Positions 46,201 through 54,564 of a DNA stretch of 64,000 bases are shown in pieces. This stretch comes from a virus, in IMG/VR virus record IMGVR_UViG_3300033977_000049, positions 1 through 64,000 of that record; one strand, 5' to 3'. The notes beneath the pieces are model-generated. The model saw nothing but the letters and a program-made list of their open reading frames with translations, had not been told where the DNA came from and did no database searches. Numbering within the stretch: position 1 is the stretch's first letter; each line of letters starts with the position of its first letter. A program made the position numbers and the translations under genes.

Positions 46201-46850
46201 TCACAATAAAGCGTTACAGTATCGTTAGTGCGAAGCGTAATACTTAATACTCCTGCCGCTGATACATCAGCCGCAGTACCCGGCAGGGAAGGCCCAGATG
46301 GTCCGGAAAACGGACCAATAGAAATACCCCAATTTCTTACTCCCTGTGTGATTCCGCTTACATTAGGGTCGCACCATGCTAAGGCGCGAGAGCCGGTACC
46401 CATATAGAGCACATTTCCCACGCCTTGAAAATAACATTGATTATTAATTTCGGAAGCTTGTTTGGAAAAAATTTGGGTAGATAACGAAGGGGTAATGACA
46501 TCTACTTCCACCGCCGTATCCACTATTACATCAAACGGATTGGGGATAGAAGCTATTTGGCGGAAGGAATAAAAACTTTTGATTTGTGCGGATAGGCTTG
46601 CAGTAGAATAAGGGGCTAATCCAGGACGGCGAATATATGTACCATAATTAGTCAACTCCATATTCGAGCCGTCAACCAACATGTCAGTGCGGACGCCATA
46701 GAATCTGGTATAATACCTACTGTCGGGTCCGTTGAAAGGACTGCGATTAGTCCAAAGGCCAGAGAAGAAATGCTGTGTGGACAGGGGTATAAAATGAGTC
46801 GCGTTTTTAGGTTGAGCGCCAGAAGACTGAAGCAGTCCTGGATCTGCCAT
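43287..46850 (-). CDS. Tail nozzle/stabilisation protein (tubular protein B-like)
   Basis: FSGLWT...N..LT..G...RRPG start, MAYHLGRIW...LYYS propeller motifs, inserted beta-sandwich domains. Confidence 0.7.
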   Translation of the reverse strand: MADPGLLQSSGAQPKNATHFIPLSTQHFFSGLWTNRSPFNGPDSRYYTRFYGVRTDMLVDGSNMELTNYGTYIRRPGLAPYSTASLSAQIKSFYSFRQIASIPNPFDVIVDTAVEVDVITPSLSTQIFSKQASEINNQCYFQGVGNVLYMGTGSRALAWCDPNVSGITQGVRNWGISIGPFSGPSGPSLPGTAADVSAAGVLSITLRTNDTVTLYCDGTNLHYQSGQVLTTTQSPNSPVTGSTYTIQSNDNGTYIICNNASGVAVTMPLLGSPSSPFIVSIVNSGAGNVVISNGSNYSFGNGVPWFAYGSITTGTGGPATVTVGSIPSKVVGPLFPTAAIDYMNEWQNPFYVEIEDGNCATITMQPGTTSSPLQASGFGFTIPSYAKIIDVTVSVKCAAQYQTSQYPGLYGSLQLLGVGSSNAQYDVSPNSWPGNLTWRSYDGVLWGSSLTPDLINSSAFGVSLIVTATGYPATQANVGEVDAIKIAVTYSLPSSNKSDLLEGTNFGFNITSPSVVQGIQVQVNGYQGSNPSGCYLTAQLLLAGQPTGNVRTVQLGTSSSTISIGGAGDFWGIQNIAASSVGGIGFGVALQAFNPQGTGLATWYITWVKITIWATGGPPISIDTTPGTFNAFTGYQYVAAYGNSKSGHVSSTTPPSTGTGIFTNATGVKVTLLAPTDPQVDQIWVFRITDGGSIFLNIPTSPYLCTTLWPSGWTPGVSTVQIEDNSPDISLIITQPGPVNYVNNPPPSGIVKMAYHLGRIWGAVGNLLYYSAGPDCLVGNGSEAFPPLNYFTFPTQINRLVPTSSALLVWTQSDLYYIAGSTLASMYPMPMLTGLGLSSYNALAADGVNTWLYSADRQFIRFSAAGINEDGFAIGNRLEIDPAYNPSTVYVASLISGSSDKAVFLADGSSTWYRCNWNQPPEGGPAWSPKAKFFAGPIINTITTVSGSGSSWTYTYTSLTGNAIVVGDNITVIGMANAGNNGTFPVTAIGSSTFTVTNANGVAATGNTGTGYDNSQWSYTSIGSVETAPGVHQLLVGVWNSYTNQAMVAYRTPPGPNGIFTDLGNTYTGSIILGSLVLAQPGQIAEIESITVELPNKGSIPTVSVILDEVYDYLNPTRISFEALPNSVSDPPILTPSTSIMSKRFYLLQGAVPIIGRHIQMQIAFPAEAVRNELYTLSVWGSLSGRE

Positions 46851-46861
46851 CTAATTACTCC

Positions 46862-47203
46862 TTACATTTCTTCTATGCCGTAAATATAGCCGCTGACGGC
46901 ACCGCTTGCCGTTACGTCGAGATAAAGTTTATTATTTTGTGTGCTAGATAGATATCCGGAATACGGAAATTGTGCGACAATGCCAATTCCCGCTGCCAGT
47001 AATGGAGTGCGTATAAATTCCGTTCCGCTTCCATCTTCAAAAAGAATACTACCGGCAACGCTTAATGATAAAGCCCATCCTAATAGCCTAAACCATTTAC
47101 CGGTAGCTGGAGTCCAAACCGCTACGGGAGTTCCAGCGGTAATAGATGTAGCTTTTAGTTCATTTATAACCAACTTTATTTGGTCTAATCTGTCTAAAAT
47201 CAT
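46862..47203 (-). CDS. Small beta-rich structural protein
   Basis: AGGAG RBS; late operon position. Confidence 0.55.
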   Translation of the reverse strand: MILDRLDQIKLVINELKATSITAGTPVAVWTPATGKWFRLLGWALSLSVAGSILFEDGSGTEFIRTPLLAAGIGIVAQFPYSGYLSSTQNNKLYLDVTASGAVSGYIYGIEEM

Positions 47204-47212
47204 AATTGCTCC

Positions 47213-47473
47213 TTAATAACTGGAGAAAAATTGTGCTAAGCTGGGGTCTTCCGCCAGCCTGTTTTTAATCATGCCATGAATCGGGGCATCGGGTGCAATG
47301 CCTTCCAGGGCGGTATTCCATGCAAGAAAATAATTATTCCATACAGCTTTTTGCGCTATGGATTTTCCGGATAATATTTGGGCACACGAATTTCTAGTAC
47401 TATAGGGAAAGAAAATATTTCCTACTATATCCAAGAGTATATTGGGAGGCATTGCATCAAAAGGAAGGGCCAT
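47213..47473 (-). CDS. Hypothetical protein (paralogue of 35072..35410)
   Basis: C-terminus IHGMIKNRLAEDPSLAQFFSSY. Confidence 0.55.
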   Translation of the reverse strand: MALPFDAMPPNILLDIVGNIFFPYSTRNSCAQILSGKSIAQKAVWNNYFLAWNTALEGIAPDAPIHGMIKNRLAEDPSLAQFFSSY

Positions 47474-47732
47474 GTAAATGTTTCTTTAAATAAATTATAC
47501 CAAAAGCCAAGAGTGCTCCTATTAAATAAGCTGTGGTATCATGCCAGCCACTCTGAATAGTTTGTTCTTCTACGATAATATCAAAAATAAACTCCTTCAA
47601 AATTGACCAGATAATGAGCAGCAGAAATGCCAGCTTTATATGCTTAAAATAAGCGCCGGTCATGATAAAGGCATAACCAGCAGCAATATGGGCCAAACAA
47701 CAAATTAAAGCATCTGAAGGTGCCCAAATCAT
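47457..47732 (-). CDS. Small three-TM membrane protein
   Basis: H..AG...KE..D...D..AY..G pattern with three hydrophobic segments. Confidence 0.6.
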   Translation of the reverse strand: MIWAPSDALICCLAHIAAGYAFIMTGAYFKHIKLAFLLLIIWSILKEFIFDIIVEEQTIQSGWHDTTAYLIGALLAFGIIYLKKHLHGPSF

Positions 47733-47755
47733 AATTTGCTCATTTTACAAAAATC

Positions 47756-47778
47756 TGTGGTATAATAATCGTGGAGGA
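47756..47778 (+). promoter_or_regulatory. Extended -10 promoter plus RBS for the antisense endonuclease gene
   Basis: TGTGGTATAAT followed by GGAGG and ATG 47783. Confidence 0.6.
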
Positions 47779-47782
47779 TGCT

Positions 47783-48487
47783 ATGCCACGACCAGTTCAC
47801 TTACGGGCTAATAATGGCCTAAAAATATGTTCAAAATGTCACCTAGAAAAGCCGCTATCGGAATTCTTTAAAGATAAGCGGAATGCCTATGACGGCCTAC
47901 AAGGGCACTGCAAAGATTGCCATAGACACGCTATTAAGAGATGGGGGTTGGCACATAGGAGAAAAATCCCCATTGTTATTGGCTCCGTTGATCCATTAAA
48001 AGAATTGCCACAGGGACCACCTAAAAATGAAAAAGGTAAATATGTCAGGGAGCCTATTATGGAAGGATCAAAAATCTGTTCTCAATGCCATCAAAACAGG
48101 TTGGTTATTGAATATCAACCCCAATCTGAAAATTTAGATGGAAGGCGTAATATGTGCAATGAATGTCGTAGTTTAAGAAGAAGAAAATTTGACCAATTAA
48201 ATCCAGAATTGGCAATTAAAAGAAATAGAAAAAATACTCTAAAACAGTTTCATAATATGACACTTGAAGAATATAACAATTTATTAAAAAAGCAAAATAG
48301 AGTTTGTGCTATTTGTAAAAATCCTCAAAAATGGACGCAAACTAAAAATCTCGTTATAGATCACGATCATAAAACAAATACAAGGCGAGGTTTATTATGT
48401 GTTCATTGTAATAGTATGTTAGGTCAGGCCCATGATAATCCTGACATTCTTCGCTCTGCCGCTGATTATTTAGAAAAATATTCCTAA
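47783..48487 (+). CDS. Free-standing Endonuclease VII-family homing endonuclease, antisense to the late operon
   Basis: Two N-terminal CxxC...CxxC Zn ribbons; CAIC...IDHDH...RGLLCVHCN. Confidence 0.85.
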   Translation: MPRPVHLRANNGLKICSKCHLEKPLSEFFKDKRNAYDGLQGHCKDCHRHAIKRWGLAHRRKIPIVIGSVDPLKELPQGPPKNEKGKYVREPIMEGSKICSQCHQNRLVIEYQPQSENLDGRRNMCNECRSLRRRKFDQLNPELAIKRNRKNTLKQFHNMTLEEYNNLLKKQNRVCAICKNPQKWTQTKNLVIDHDHKTNTRRGLLCVHCNSMLGQAHDNPDILRSAADYLEKYS

Positions 48488-48612
48488 TTTATTCCTAGCC
48501 TATAAATATAATCTAATTATAATTTAATTCTTTGATTTTAAAGAAGATATTTTTATAATCAACATACATATGGGTTTTCAGGACCAAGGAAAATTGAATA
48601 AGTCCTTTATTA

Positions 48613-49611
48613 TCACCACTGTCCATATGCGTAAGGATTCGCGGGTCCTAGCGGATATCCGAAACTGCCTGCCCCTGTAATCCCACTACTAGGATAAAAT
48701 GAAAATGCCTGCTGTTCTCTATCAGCCGCTCTCAATGCAGTATTCAAATCCAGCAACCATTGCTGAAATGCATCAACCGATTTTCTATCTCCGGCATCCT
48801 GGTGCTTTCTCAGCATCGATATAAATCCCTGGCGGAATAGATAGCTGTAATCATCTGGTATGGGTGTAATTAAACTGGTTAATGAATTTAACTTGGGGGC
48901 TTTTTTCTGATATACACAATAAACGGACCATACGATACCCGATGATGGGGGAAGCGTAGACATTCTCAGGGCTGCACCAGCAGGATCGGCAACGGTCCAT
49001 ACAACTGTCCCATCAGAAACCGTTGTCCCCGGCGTGGCATTCATCGGTGCATACGGTGCCGTAGTTCCAGTAGTTCCCCATGTAGAAACAAATAAATAAT
49101 TTCCATTGCTATCTATAATTTGTTGAATTGGACTTGCTGGACAAGTCGTAGCTCCTAATCCTGTAGGATAAAGAGTGTTAGCCAACCAAGTTCCATATAT
49201 AGCAAGCGGAACGGGCACCCAGCAAATTCCAAATGGCTGCGCCTGCATATAAATAGGTTGTAAATCACGCACCGCTTCCATAGGAAAGAGTGGCTTGGGT
49301 ATCGAAGTATTATTTATATCAACCCTAGTGCATGCCTCTAGCCATCCCATATCTATGATACTTGGATAGGTGCTATAAAGAGCCTGCACGCCTATATAAT
49401 CCTGCTGAAGGGCAACAGTACAAAATGGTGCAACATATTGCCGGTTCCATTTCCAATTCATGGGCTGTGCTAACATGCGTTGCATAACATCGTTAGCAAT
49501 AGTAAGCGCTGGTTCTTGTGCCCATCCAGCGTCCGGGAATAAAGAGACTAATTCCGGAATAGTTCTGGCAAAGTGAAGAACTTGATCTATCGTTATTGTA
49601 GTGCTAGGCAT
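48613..49611 (-). CDS. Neck/tail ring (adaptor) protein, paralogue 3
   Basis: EPALTIANDV...P.NWKWNR; PIPDDYSYLFRQG. Confidence 0.65.
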   Translation of the reverse strand: MPSTTITIDQVLHFARTIPELVSLFPDAGWAQEPALTIANDVMQRMLAQPMNWKWNRQYVAPFCTVALQQDYIGVQALYSTYPSIIDMGWLEACTRVDINNTSIPKPLFPMEAVRDLQPIYMQAQPFGICWVPVPLAIYGTWLANTLYPTGLGATTCPASPIQQIIDSNGNYLFVSTWGTTGTTAPYAPMNATPGTTVSDGTVVWTVADPAGAALRMSTLPPSSGIVWSVYCVYQKKAPKLNSLTSLITPIPDDYSYLFRQGFISMLRKHQDAGDRKSVDAFQQWLLDLNTALRAADREQQAFSFYPSSGITGAGSFGYPLGPANPYAYGQW

Positions 49612-49612
49612 A

Positions 49613-50359
49613 TTATGCTCCGCGTGGCTGTTGCTGAACTTGCATTCCTAGTTCAGCGCGGGATGTCACAATGCGTTGCACATCCTTTTGAGTTATAAGG
49701 CGCTCTTTAAGAAATATATTTCTTTCAGTTTCGGTTAGCCCGGTATTCGCCGCCACGACTTGCCGGATAAATAAATCCATGGCAACCTCGGCACGGGGAT
49801 CGCCTGAATATTCATAGCTTCGGGCAATAAAACCCTGCTCGATTAAATAAAAGAATTGATCCGGCACTGGAGAAAATGTTCCACTTAAAGCTGTTAATCT
49901 GGCCGGGGCTTGCTGGAAAACCACTACCACGCTATATGCCTGATCGGAAAGTGGAAATAATCTAAAAGTAACATTTCCAGTAGATGGATCTTGTTTAAAA
50001 ACGCAAATACTATTGGGCCTCATTACGGTTTGATCTATGCCCAATACATGCCTAACATTTAGAGTTAAATTACTAGGGCTAGTCCCCGCAATGCTTAAAT
50101 TGGCATTTTCGATATATCCATATGCTGTTAAAGCACTAACTACATTATCTTGCGTACTTGTGCTGGCAGTAAAGGTTGTGGTATTGCGATTCCAGGGATA
50201 GCTAAATGGAGGAGAAAGAATAAATGAAAGAACATAGTTGGCAATGGATAGGGCAGGTTCCATGCTCCATCCTGAAATTGCATTAATTGGTATTAACGAT
50301 GGATTAGCCCTTGCATATCTTACAAGGTCATTAACTGTATAGGTGGAAATGCCCGCCAT
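49613..50359 (-). CDS. Neck/tail ring (adaptor) protein, paralogue 2
   Basis: EPALSIANYV...P.SYPWNR; FRLFP; PVPDQFFYLIEQG; GAGG RBS before ATG 50359. Confidence 0.65.
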   Translation of the reverse strand: MAGISTYTVNDLVRYARANPSLIPINAISGWSMEPALSIANYVLSFILSPPFSYPWNRNTTTFTASTSTQDNVVSALTAYGYIENANLSIAGTSPSNLTLNVRHVLGIDQTVMRPNSICVFKQDPSTGNVTFRLFPLSDQAYSVVVVFQQAPARLTALSGTFSPVPDQFFYLIEQGFIARSYEYSGDPRAEVAMDLFIRQVVAANTGLTETERNIFLKERLITQKDVQRIVTSRAELGMQVQQQPRGA

Positions 50360-50360
50360 A

Positions 50361-51101
50361 TTAACCTCGTTCCGCAATATTATAACGAACGCTTTGCGGA
50401 GGTTCTTTCATTTGAGTACCCGAATAGTCTGCCATGCGATTGCGCAAATGAAGATTTTGCTGCGTTTCCCCTTGGCCTGCATGATGGGAATTAAGCATTT
50501 GGAAAAAGTTATTCATGATATAGGCAAATCGCTCATCACCCTTTTGCTCATAAGCCTTAGCCATAAATCCCGTATTATATATATAACTAAGAAAATCGGG
50601 GATGGGTGTCCATGTTCCGGTAGTGGCAGTAAAGAGAGGAGCTTGGGATTGCGCGATAAGGGTTACGGTATAAGCTTGATCGGGGGTAGGAAAAATTCTA
50701 AAACCAATATTACCGGCATTATCATCTGTTTGAACGGCAATAGCAGTTGGCTCAGATGTAGTAGTATCTATAGCCAGGGAATCTCTAATAAATAATTCTT
50801 TAACTACGCCGGTTGTACTGATAACAGCTTTTTCCAGCCATCCAAAATTAGTTATGGATGTAGAATAATCCTGACCCCCGGCAGTGGATATTGATAAGGT
50901 GGGATATGGAGTTATCCGATTCCACCTCCAGGCATAGGGTGGTGCGAGCATGGCTTGGCGAACCCAATCTCCCATACTAAGAGCCGGTTCATTGGAGAAA
51001 CCAGAAATAGCTCCAAGACCTACAAGGGGGCGCATTTGCACGAAAGTCTGTACAAATGCCACAGTACGGGCAAGTGTATTCGTACAGTTAGAATACGGCA
51101 T
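50361..51101 (-). CDS. Neck/tail ring (adaptor) protein, paralogue 1
   Basis: EPALSMGDWV...P.AWRWNR; FRIFPTPD..Y; PIPDFLSYIYNTG. Confidence 0.65.
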   Translation of the reverse strand: MPYSNCTNTLARTVAFVQTFVQMRPLVGLGAISGFSNEPALSMGDWVRQAMLAPPYAWRWNRITPYPTLSISTAGGQDYSTSITNFGWLEKAVISTTGVVKELFIRDSLAIDTTTSEPTAIAVQTDDNAGNIGFRIFPTPDQAYTVTLIAQSQAPLFTATTGTWTPIPDFLSYIYNTGFMAKAYEQKGDERFAYIMNNFFQMLNSHHAGQGETQQNLHLRNRMADYSGTQMKEPPQSVRYNIAERG

Positions 51102-51115
51102 TTAAATATCCAGAT

Positions 51116-51631
51116 TTATTCTTTCTTACCTTGACCTAGGCGGATAGCTTTGGCGGGATCGGTAAAGGTTCTCCGACCAGAAGCAGAGGGTTGATTTCCA
51201 GACTTCTTTCGCATGAATAAGTTATAATCCGGATCTCCCTGTCTCCATACTCGCGTGCAATTGGTGCAAATACCAATCACTTCTCCGCTATCCAAATAAT
51301 GCTTAATAATAGCAGTTAAACCGTAGGGACTTTTAAAATCGCTTTGACTATTTGAACCCTGAATATGTTCACAACTCTGTTGGTCAAGAAGGCGATTAGC
51401 CTCTAGCTGTTCCCGCTGCTTTTTCATGGCAGCCCTAATGCGCCTATTATTTTCATCTACAACAGGGCTTACATAAGGTTCGCGGGACTTGATAATAGCC
51501 TCGACAAGCGCTTTTTGCTGTTCGGCTTGCTGGTCAGCTATTTTTCCTATCAATTCTGCAAGATCATTCTTGGTAAGAGTAATTTTTTGTTCGTCTCCTG
51601 CGAAAGCAGGATCTTCTACCTTATTAGTCAT
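51116..51631 (-). CDS. Hypothetical protein (coiled coil plus C/H Zn site)
   Basis: CEH...H...CTNC; AGGAG RBS. Confidence 0.6.
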   Translation of the reverse strand: MTNKVEDPAFAGDEQKITLTKNDLAELIGKIADQQAEQQKALVEAIIKSREPYVSPVVDENNRRIRAAMKKQREQLEANRLLDQQSCEHIQGSNSQSDFKSPYGLTAIIKHYLDSGEVIGICTNCTRVWRQGDPDYNLFMRKKSGNQPSASGRRTFTDPAKAIRLGQGKKE

Positions 51632-51650
51632 TTCATTCTCCTTAACTCGG

Positions 51651-52391
51651 TTACAATCCGGTAACCACGGTTGAGTTAGGCCCTTTTATCAGACGGCTGC
51701 GAAGATTGTATAAATCCCGCCTCCATACAATACTAGCTGGCCCTTGTGCTTCACCAAAAGCTTTATTACAATCTTCTTCGGTGATTAATCCTTTTAAAAT
51801 AAAGCGCATTAGTGGAGTGCGCCACCCGCGAATTTGTTCTTTAACTGGTACATCTCTGGAATTAAAAACATAAATACTATATTCGGGAAGTGGCCCCATG
51901 GGAATGTAACCCATATAAGAATAATCTTTGCCATCTGCCTGGGGTCTACCATAAGCAACCCATAGGGCAATATCAAAAACAAATCTTCCGTCCATCAAAT
52001 AAAGCAAACGATCTCCGCTTAAAGATACAAGTTTTCTTAATTTATTTAAAAACTCACTATGGTGCATCCATTTTCCGGATAAACGCGCTGCAACATTCAT
52101 ATAATCTTCTTGATTTTCCCAGCGCTGGATTTTAGTGCCTTCTAGATTATAATTTAATTCTTTAAGCCTGTGAATATGTTCAGCGGTAGATAATTTAGGC
52201 GCCATTTCACATTGAGCGCATTGATTACGAACACCTTCACGATACGAAGAGTCTCGCCTAAAAGCTGAATGGGGTAAAATATTCCAACAACTTTGGCATT
52301 GTTTCCAATTGGGGGTATTTATTGTTTGATCTAAAACCTCTAGGGGAACCGGAATTCCGTTATGTCCCAAAATCTGCTCTGCTGTCAGCAT
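51651..52391 (-). CDS. Hypothetical protein with N-terminal Zn ribbon
   Basis: CQSC...F.RD...G...QCAQC. Confidence 0.6.
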   Translation of the reverse strand: MLTAEQILGHNGIPVPLEVLDQTINTPNWKQCQSCWNILPHSAFRRDSSYREGVRNQCAQCEMAPKLSTAEHIHRLKELNYNLEGTKIQRWENQEDYMNVAARLSGKWMHHSEFLNKLRKLVSLSGDRLLYLMDGRFVFDIALWVAYGRPQADGKDYSYMGYIPMGPLPEYSIYVFNSRDVPVKEQIRGWRTPLMRFILKGLITEEDCNKAFGEAQGPASIVWRRDLYNLRSRLIKGPNSTVVTGL

Positions 52392-52402
52392 TTTGTTAAC
52401 TC

Positions 52403-53041
52403 CTAAGTGAAAACTTCTTCTCTTTTGCTAATTCTTTCTAGATCAGGCTTGAATATTGGATCTGCCTGTAATTTTCCGTTTGCAAGATATACCATGGCCA
52501 CTCCCCCTGGCTGGACAAGGGTACGGGTATGGTCTTGATGTAAGAGTACGCCCAATTCATGTACTATACTAGAATGGCCTGAAATGATATCCGGTATTCC
52601 AGTTGCCAATCCATGCTCTATTCCTTCTAAAATAACAGGATCAACTCTCCGGCGAAAATCATTCAAAGTTTCTCCTCCGGGAAATGGGATATCTGGATAT
52701 AATACGGTATAGTAATGAACAATGTTTTCTGTTTCTGGGTTTCGCTCTTTGCCGCTAAGCTCTCCGACATCTAAAGCATGTAATTGTTCTGTATAAATCG
52801 GAGTAATACCCTTTTTACGGCCAATAATATCAGAAGTCTGGACTGATCTTAATTTATCAGAAGAAACAATTAATCCCACTTCGAGTGGTTCAAAGAAATA
52901 GGCCAAAACATTAGCATCTTTAAAGCCTTGTTTATCCAGGGGTGGATTGGCCGGACCGCGAAATTTATGCTGTTCGTTTAAAACGGTTGTGCCATGGCGC
53001 ACAACATATAAAACAGGAATTTTATCTGGATTTTGGGCCAT
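52403..53041 (-). CDS. Histidine phosphatase (phosphoglycerate mutase family)
   Basis: VVRHGTT..N, SSD..R..QT, PGGET..F..R, SGH. Confidence 0.9.
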   Translation of the reverse strand: MAQNPDKIPVLYVVRHGTTVLNEQHKFRGPANPPLDKQGFKDANVLAYFFEPLEVGLIVSSDKLRSVQTSDIIGRKKGITPIYTEQLHALDVGELSGKERNPETENIVHYYTVLYPDIPFPGGETLNDFRRRVDPVILEGIEHGLATGIPDIISGHSSIVHELGVLLHQDHTRTLVQPGGVAMVYLANGKLQADPIFKPDLERISKREEVFT

Positions 53042-53049
53042 GTTATATC

Positions 53050-53241
53050 CTAATCGTAAAATATAGCATTAAGATTTGGCATTCCGTTTTTAGTGGTTAC
53101 GGATGCTTGGAATGGACTGTCAGATGTTCCGCTGGCAGGGTTTGAAGGATCTGATATTACTCTTCCGCACTCTTTGCACATATTTCCGGGAGTTAAAAAA
53201 TAAACCAAAACCCATTTCTTACAAAATTGGCAATATTTCAT
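53050..53241 (-). CDS. Small Zn-ribbon protein
   Basis: CQFC...CKEC; start uncertain. Confidence 0.4.
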   Translation of the reverse strand: MKYCQFCKKWVLVYFLTPGNMCKECGRVISDPSNPASGTSDSPFQASVTTKNGMPNLNAIFYD

Positions 53242-53242
53242 A

Positions 53243-53515
53243 TTATTGGGTGGGATTTTGAGAATTGCTTTTTCCATTCCAACTAGGATGGGAAGTAATA
53301 ACTTCCGCACCTTTATCTAATCCATAAAGGGCAGATAAAAATATCGTACCACCACTCCAATCCGGCATAGCGTGGGTTTTCAATAAAACATGCATTCCAC
53401 ATGCCAACACTACAACAGCGGCAGCGGCAAAAGCTATCTTGCCTATAGAAAGAGTTCCGTCGGGATCTTCAAAAAGCTGGCGGATATCTGTATATAGTGT
53501 AGATAGTATTGTCAT
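53243..53515 (-). CDS. Holin candidate
   Basis: 90 aa, two hydrophobic segments, polar C-terminal tail. Confidence 0.5.
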   Translation of the reverse strand: MTILSTLYTDIRQLFEDPDGTLSIGKIAFAAAAVVVLACGMHVLLKTHAMPDWSGGTIFLSALYGLDKGAEVITSHPSWNGKSNSQNPTQ

Positions 53516-53784
53516 TAATATTCAACTTCCTTGTATAATTTATAATCGTTCCTATACATTTTACTATGTCTAAATGTAAATTTGGGTAAATATGCATTGC
53601 CATTGACAGAGTTTGCGATATATTTTTTATCGCCAATAAATAATATAACAGTAAGCCTATCGGTTATCAATTTTTCCAAAAATCCAGCAGGATCACATAC
53701 GCCGGGGGAATAATATATACGATTGCTACAATTTCTACACAATTTATTATTTTTAATATGTTGAAATGTTATTTTCATGGACAC
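53515..53784 (-). CDS. Hypothetical protein
   Basis: Operon-embedded ORF with Cys motif. Confidence 0.4.
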   Translation of the reverse strand: MSMKITFQHIKNNKLCRNCSNRIYYSPGVCDPAGFLEKLITDRLTVILFIGDKKYIANSVNGNAYLPKFTFRHSKMYRNDYKLYKEVEY

Positions 53785-53788
53785 CTCG

Positions 53789-53971
53789 TTAAGGCTGTAT
53801 TTTTTGTCCGCATAGCGGACACTTTTTAGGCGCTATCCCTATCCAAATCCATCCGCAAAAACATTTTACGTCTTCACAGATATCTTTCTTTGTTAAAACC
53901 ATCGTACAATTTGGGCACTTACGAACCCAAACTAAATCTTCTCTGTAGGCCATAAAGCCTCCAGAATGCAT
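53789..53971 (-). CDS. Small Cys-rich Zn-ribbon protein
   Basis: CPNC, CFCG and CPLCG motifs. Confidence 0.5.
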   Translation of the reverse strand: MHSGGFMAYREDLVWVRKCPNCTMVLTKKDICEDVKCFCGWIWIGIAPKKCPLCGQKIQP

Positions 53972-53974
53972 AAA

Positions 53975-54286
53975 TTACTTACATAGCAATGGAACTGGTG
54001 TACTTATATTCCATGTGCTTTCATGTTTACAGCGGCATCGATATGTATAAATTCCTAAAAGATCATTTGTAATATAAATTATTGTTAAAGGATCTGAGCA
54101 TAATTCATTATTACAAGCGGGACAATAAATATAAGTTACCTGATTTTTAACACCATGATTTTCATCACATTTTTCCAAAGACCACATGGGTATTTGTATC
54201 CAGCGCGTACCAAATAAAAATCCGGTTACTTTAGCCCATTTACCTCGCTTATATTTTCGATACCATTTGAAATTTTCCAAAAACAT
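53975..54286 (-). CDS. Cys-rich hypothetical protein
   Basis: CPAC...CRC; start placed at ATG 54286 because the longer ORF overlaps structured RNA. Confidence 0.5.
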   Translation of the reverse strand: MFLENFKWYRKYKRGKWAKVTGFLFGTRWIQIPMWSLEKCDENHGVKNQVTYIYCPACNNELCSDPLTIIYITNDLLGIYTYRCRCKHESTWNISTPVPLLCK

Positions 54287-54308
54287 AAATTCTTCTGTTA
54301 ATGAAAAT

Positions 54309-54560
54309 CCTTTGGGCTGCCGGGTGGCAGCGCGACAGCCCCAAGGGTGGCGTACAACTAATCTGCCAATTAGTTCATCGCCAAAAGCCACATCTTTTAA
54401 TGGGGCTTAGCTATCTTCCAATCCGGTTTCAAGCCTATAAACCCATCAATCATGCGGCGTGCTCGCCCATTATATTGTTATATTAGGGGGCGAGAAGTGA
54501 GGGAAAATATATATATTTTCCCCCAAAAATCATTAGCAATCGTTCTGTATAATCAATCCG
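54309..54560 (-). ncRNA. Candidate structured non-coding region downstream of the capsid gene
   Basis: Five or six consecutive stem-loops, several GC-rich, in an AT-rich genome. Confidence 0.35.
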
Positions 54561-54564
54561 ATTA

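Noticed and set aside
54287-54391. N-terminal extension of ORF 53975..54391
   Set aside because: It overlaps GC-rich hairpins and lacks a good RBS; ATG 54286 is more plausible
54309-54446. tRNA gene
   Set aside because: No cloverleaf, T-loop GTTC motif or CCA arrangement
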